Source: Phaeosaccion multiseriatum | Lineage: Eukaryota > Protista > Ochrophyta, other classes | DNA length: 64,000 nucleotides | Direction: 5' to 3' | NCBI GenBank assembly: GCA_965112735.1 | Contig: OZ218953.1 | Coordinates: forward strand, 186,001-250,000 | Notes under the pieces: model-generated | Seen by the model: only the letters and a program-made list of their open reading frames with translations | Database searches by the model: none | What the model was told of the DNA's origin: nothing | Translations under genes and position numbers: made by a program | Shown: piece by piece, positions 60,101-64,000 of the stretch | Layout of the letters: each line of letters opens with the position of its first letter | How positions within the stretch are numbered: the stretch's first letter is position 1

Positions 60101-62203
60101 CTCTGACGCGCTGGTGGTGGCCAAGGTCTGTACGGCTTCAACAGACGCCTCCCACGAGGGCGGCAGAGCAGCAGCAACGTCCAGTACGTCCGATACTTTG
60201 CCCCCTGCCGTTGGCTCGTCACCGCACTCCACGCGGCGGCCACCCTGTCCCTCCTGATAGCCCTCCTCTTGATCCTCCTCTTGATCCTCGTCTTCCGAGG
60301 CGGACTCTTCTTCTCTGCCCGGTAACACGTTTCGCACCGCCTGTGGACAGAGAGGGCATGGCGCATGAGGGTGAGTGGGGGACGCACAAAGGAACGCCCC
60401 ATACAAACATGGGGGACAGGCTCAAAGGCGTATGACCCCCCCCAACCTAGGTTGCCCTCTCGCCCCTCCCCGCCCCCAGGCAGCGCCTCACTCACCCTTA
60501 TAAGCCTGTCGGTCCTACTCTGCACCTTCTCCTTCACCACCGCCAAGGGGGGCAGGATCAGCGCCCGGTGGGTCCCCAGAGAGCACTCCGAGTCCGCCCG
60601 TTCGGCCAAGCAACCCTCGTGCACCTGCGCAGGCACCGCACGGGGGGGCAAAGCTCAGTCACATGCGGGTAGGGAAGCCTCTCCCAGACGCCTGAACAGA
60701 ACGAGTGTCGACCAATCGGACGCCCTTTTCATCGACGCTCCAAAACAACACAAAACGGCCCCAGTCACGCCTCCGACCCCGCGACATGCTCCAACAGCAG
60801 CCACTCTCTGTACCTGCTCGTTGCACCAGCTGCAGTAGAAGCCGTGCAAGCCGAACAGCCCGTCGCTGCCACAGAACTGGCCGCAGGAGCTGCACGCCAC
60901 CATGTAGTCGATGTTGCCCCTCACCCAGTGGTGGCGCATGCCCCTCTCCTTCCAGCCTTCATCTTCATCCTCATCCTCTTCACTATCTTCCTCTTGCTGC
61001 TCCCCGCCCTTGCTAAGCTGAGACGCCGCCCCCTCCTCCTCTCCCCTCTCCTTGTGTAAAGGCAGCATGCCTCTCCGCTGGCTTCCCCTCTTGCGCCGAC
61101 TCAGCTCCCGTTGCTCCGACCAGGAGTCGTGTGTGGAGTCTTTCAGCCCCCTGCGTCGCCTCAGGGCAGCACCCACCCCGCCCCCGGCCCCGCCCCCCCC
61201 GTGCAACACGTCGCTGCGGCACAGGGTCTTGCACAAGATACCTGACGAACGCGCTCGGCCACTGCAGCGCGCATGAGAGTAGCAGCGACAAACCTGAGAG
61301 AGAGAGAGGCAGATAGAGAGAGAGAGAGAGCACGAGGCGGACACATACACACAGCAGGGCCGGCTTCCCGTTAGAAAAGATGCGCCCATCTGGGAGGCTC
61401 AAATCCGAACCGTCCCCCTCACCTGGCATCTCAGGATGCTGTCGCCAACACCAATCGTTGCTTGCCCACACACATTGCAGAACGGAGGGGGGAGTCGAGC
61501 AGGCACCGCCGCCCACGTGTGCCGGCCTATCAGCTGCTGCTGGCCCAGCGCGGTGAGGGAGTTGGGGAGCAGGCAGCAGCAGCAGCAGCAGCAGTATCAC
61601 GAGATCAGCCCCCACGTTACCCACTTCTTTGCTTCAAAAACACACACTTGCCTGACCCTTGTTTCCACTACCACTGCTGCTGCTGCTGCTGCTTCCGCTG
61701 CCCAGCTCGCCTCCTCCCAGCCCTCCCGGAAGCCTCAGAGTGGGCAAGTCGAACGGCGTGAGCAGAAGCGAGGCGGTGGAGAAGAGGAAGGAAGCGATGG
61801 CCGCCCCAAGCGCAATCCTTCCCAGTAGAGACGCCAATGGCCCCACTAAAGGCAGCTCCTGTAGAGCAGCATCGAGGCGCAGCAGCAGCTGGTGGCAAGA
61901 GCTGAGCAGAGTGTCCAAGGGCTGAGAGAGCAAGCGGCGCAGCCAAGACTGGGGCGGAGGAGGAGGCATTGGCAGCACTAGGAGCGGCAGCAAGCCCTGC
62001 GGTCCCAAGGCCCGCCTCCGCACTTGCAGCCATCCTTGCCCCTCTCCTGCCTGTTGCTGTTGCTGCTGCTGGTGCTGCTGCTGATACTGCTGCTGCTTCT
62101 GCTGCTGCTGCTGCTGCTGCTGGCTCCTCTCGCGCTGCTGCTTCTGGCGTCGCTCCTGTCTCAGGTGCTGCACCCACGAAGAGCGGGCCGCTGCCTGTGC
62201 CAT
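57063..62203 (-). CDS. Diacylglycerol kinase (epsilon-like: N-terminal TM, two C1 domains), many exons
   Basis: C1 domains HTW..FCNVC..RCQVC and HHWVRGN..CSSC; [48 protein letters not shown]. Confidence 0.93.
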
Positions 62204-62325
62204 ATGCCGGGCATGTGTGATGGAAGGTTCATGTTCATGTGTTGGGTATTCAAGTGCCTGGCGACGATGCGAGACTACTCGCTCCCTTGCTCCCTTTCTC
62301 TTTCCTCTCTCTTGATGTAGTCTTG

Positions 62326-63524
62326 ATGTTCGACTTCAGTAGGGGGCTTCAAAGCAGATTACAGGAAGCGGCCACGGGACTGGGACTTGATCAGCTCGGC
62401 AACCTCGACGCTTTGCAAGCGCAACAGGAGTCAGAGGGTGCAGAAGGAGTAGGAGGTGGTGGAAGCGCTCGGGTTTCCTCGAAGACGGCTCTCGCTGCTG
62501 CTTCGAAAGGCGACAGACGCGCCTCGGCGCCGAATATGCGAGACAATGGTGGGGAGAACTCCGACGAGGAAGATTGGACCCGACCTAGGCGGGGGGGGGC
62601 GACAGGGACGTCGTCTCTCCGTGCGGCGCGTGAAGGAGGAGTGGGGGGGGGGGAGGGGGGGGGAGGAGGAGGAGGAGGAGGGGGAGGAGGAGTAGGAGCA
62701 GAAGGTGGTTCTGCGCTTTCGGATGATGAAGATGACGGCGACGACCCAATTCTAGCCGAGATTCGCGGCACGAAAGGGGCGGGCAAGCAGCAGCAGAAGA
62801 TGGAGATTTCGGGACCAACTGCGGGAGAGGGAGACGTAGAGGGAGGGAGCACGAGGGAAGAGAGGAACGGGGGTGGTGCACGCTTTGCGGCGCAGGCCTC
62901 TGAGGTTTTGGGGGGCATTTCAGAAACCGGCCAAGCCATCTCCGGGAGAATCTTAAGTCTCCTGCCGGGCAGAGAAGGGACAGGAGCAGCGGTGGCAAGC
63001 GGAGCTCCTGCTAGTACTGGCGCCGGGGGGTCGTGGCTGCCAATGTCGATCGGCGGTGCAGCGGAACCTGCTCCGGCGGGGGGTTTGGGCCTTTTCGGTC
63101 GCATCCGGAGCCAACTCGTCAAGCAGGAGCAGGTAAGGGTGTGCCTCGCAGGGGCGTGTGCGTGTGCAGGAGGCCTGGTAGACCTCCTGCTTACGTGCTC
63201 CTTCCCCCTTCTTCCTCCCCTCCCCCCCTCCTCCCACCCCGCTGGGGGTGGCAGCAGCCTCAAGCCCAATCACTCAAGCGCAATGCACCGGGCGACGTCC
63301 CTACCACCACCACGGCGAGCTCTCTGCTCACGGATGAGGAGCGTGCGCAGCTTAGCAGCCTCTCTGCGGGCGCGTCATCCTCCGCTGGAAACATGTGCTG
63401 CTGCGGAGGGCGGCTACGCAAGAGGGGAAAGGTTGTGGTTTTTGTTGCAGCGGTGGCAGGCGTCATGCTGCTGTACCTGGTTTTTTCAAGAGGCGGATTG
63501 ACGCGATTCTCCCCCTCGAGCTAA
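62326..63524 (+). CDS. Hypothetical low-complexity protein with C-terminal membrane anchor, 2 exons
   Basis: Long Gly/acidic ORF, GT donor at ~63133 and final exon VVVFVAAVAGVMLLYLVFSR. Confidence 0.55.
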
Positions 63525-63658
63525 GAGTATACAAGTATTTACTTGGGTCGTCTGGACAGTTTTCGTAGCGGGAAGACCGCTTGAATTCTCTACCGCAGCC
63601 TACGATTTCCTCTCTCGCGGAATGAAACAAGCGTGTGAGTCTCTGCACTGCCCATCGG

Positions 63659-64000
63659 TCAGCCCGCCTCTGCACCGTGCGCATTGCTTCTCCGCTGCCC
63701 CGTGCCCAGGTTGCGTTTCACTCGCTGCTTACTCTGACTCTCCACGCTCGCCAAGGCTCGCTGTAAAGCCGCCAGGGAGGGCCGAACGCCACTGAACTTG
63801 GGCTTCTCTCGTCCGTGCGGCTGACGTGCCCCGCTCCCAGGAGCCCTGCCTCCGAGCGGTGAAGGCCCTCCTCCTCCTCCTCCCCCTCCCCTCATGCGCT
63901 GGCGGTGGGCGTTGTGGTGCGACCCGATCTTCGCGGCTGCACTCGTGGCCGTGCTCTCCGGTGCCCTCCTTCTCCGACTGCTGCTGCTGCTGCTGCTGCT
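63659..64000 (-). CDS. Probable 3' end of an unknown gene running off the window
   Basis: Open frame from the window edge to 63659 with CAG repeats typical of local exons. Confidence 0.35.
   Translation of the reverse strand, partial: SSSSSSSSRRRRAPESTATSAAAKIGSHHNAHRQRMRGGGGGGGGPSPLGGRAPGSGARQPHGREKPKFSGVRPSLAALQRALASVESQSKQRVKRNLGTGQRRSNAHGAEAG

Noticed and set aside
15780-63900. Many antisense and nested ORFs in the ORF track
   Set aside because: They are shadows of real GC-rich coding exons.

Overview
Eukaryotic nuclear DNA, GC-rich with spliceosomal introns. It is most likely a flagellated ochrophyte (photosynthetic stramenopile): there are bipartite signal+'AF'-type plastid leaders, and SPAG1 and CCP genes. 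Bases 1-~11,620 are a 186-bp satellite array, itself three diverged 62-bp subunits with ~10-bp GC periodicity. The array is repeatedly interrupted by copies of one ~4.1-kb non-autonomous element with split direct repeats (A1-internal-B1-A2-B2). The element makes no target-site duplication, carries many hairpins and has a decayed RT/RNase H-like remnant, i.e. a Ngaro/PAT/TOC-type (DIRS-order) retroelement that appears to accumulate in this satellite. After ~1.4 kb of decayed related sequence comes a very compact block of ~23 genes (13-64 kb): GT25, CCT6, SART1, RPL9, leuB, SF3A2, TRAPPC8, a membrane protein, a C2-WW protein, SUA5, a PHO80-like cyclin, PDX1, GT60, glutamine cyclotransferase, a cytosolic carboxypeptidase, PEX12, p24, a beta-helix protein, SPAG1, FolD with a calmodulin-like tail, a diacylglycerol kinase and two unknowns. 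Exon boundaries were inferred by eye; no database search was run.
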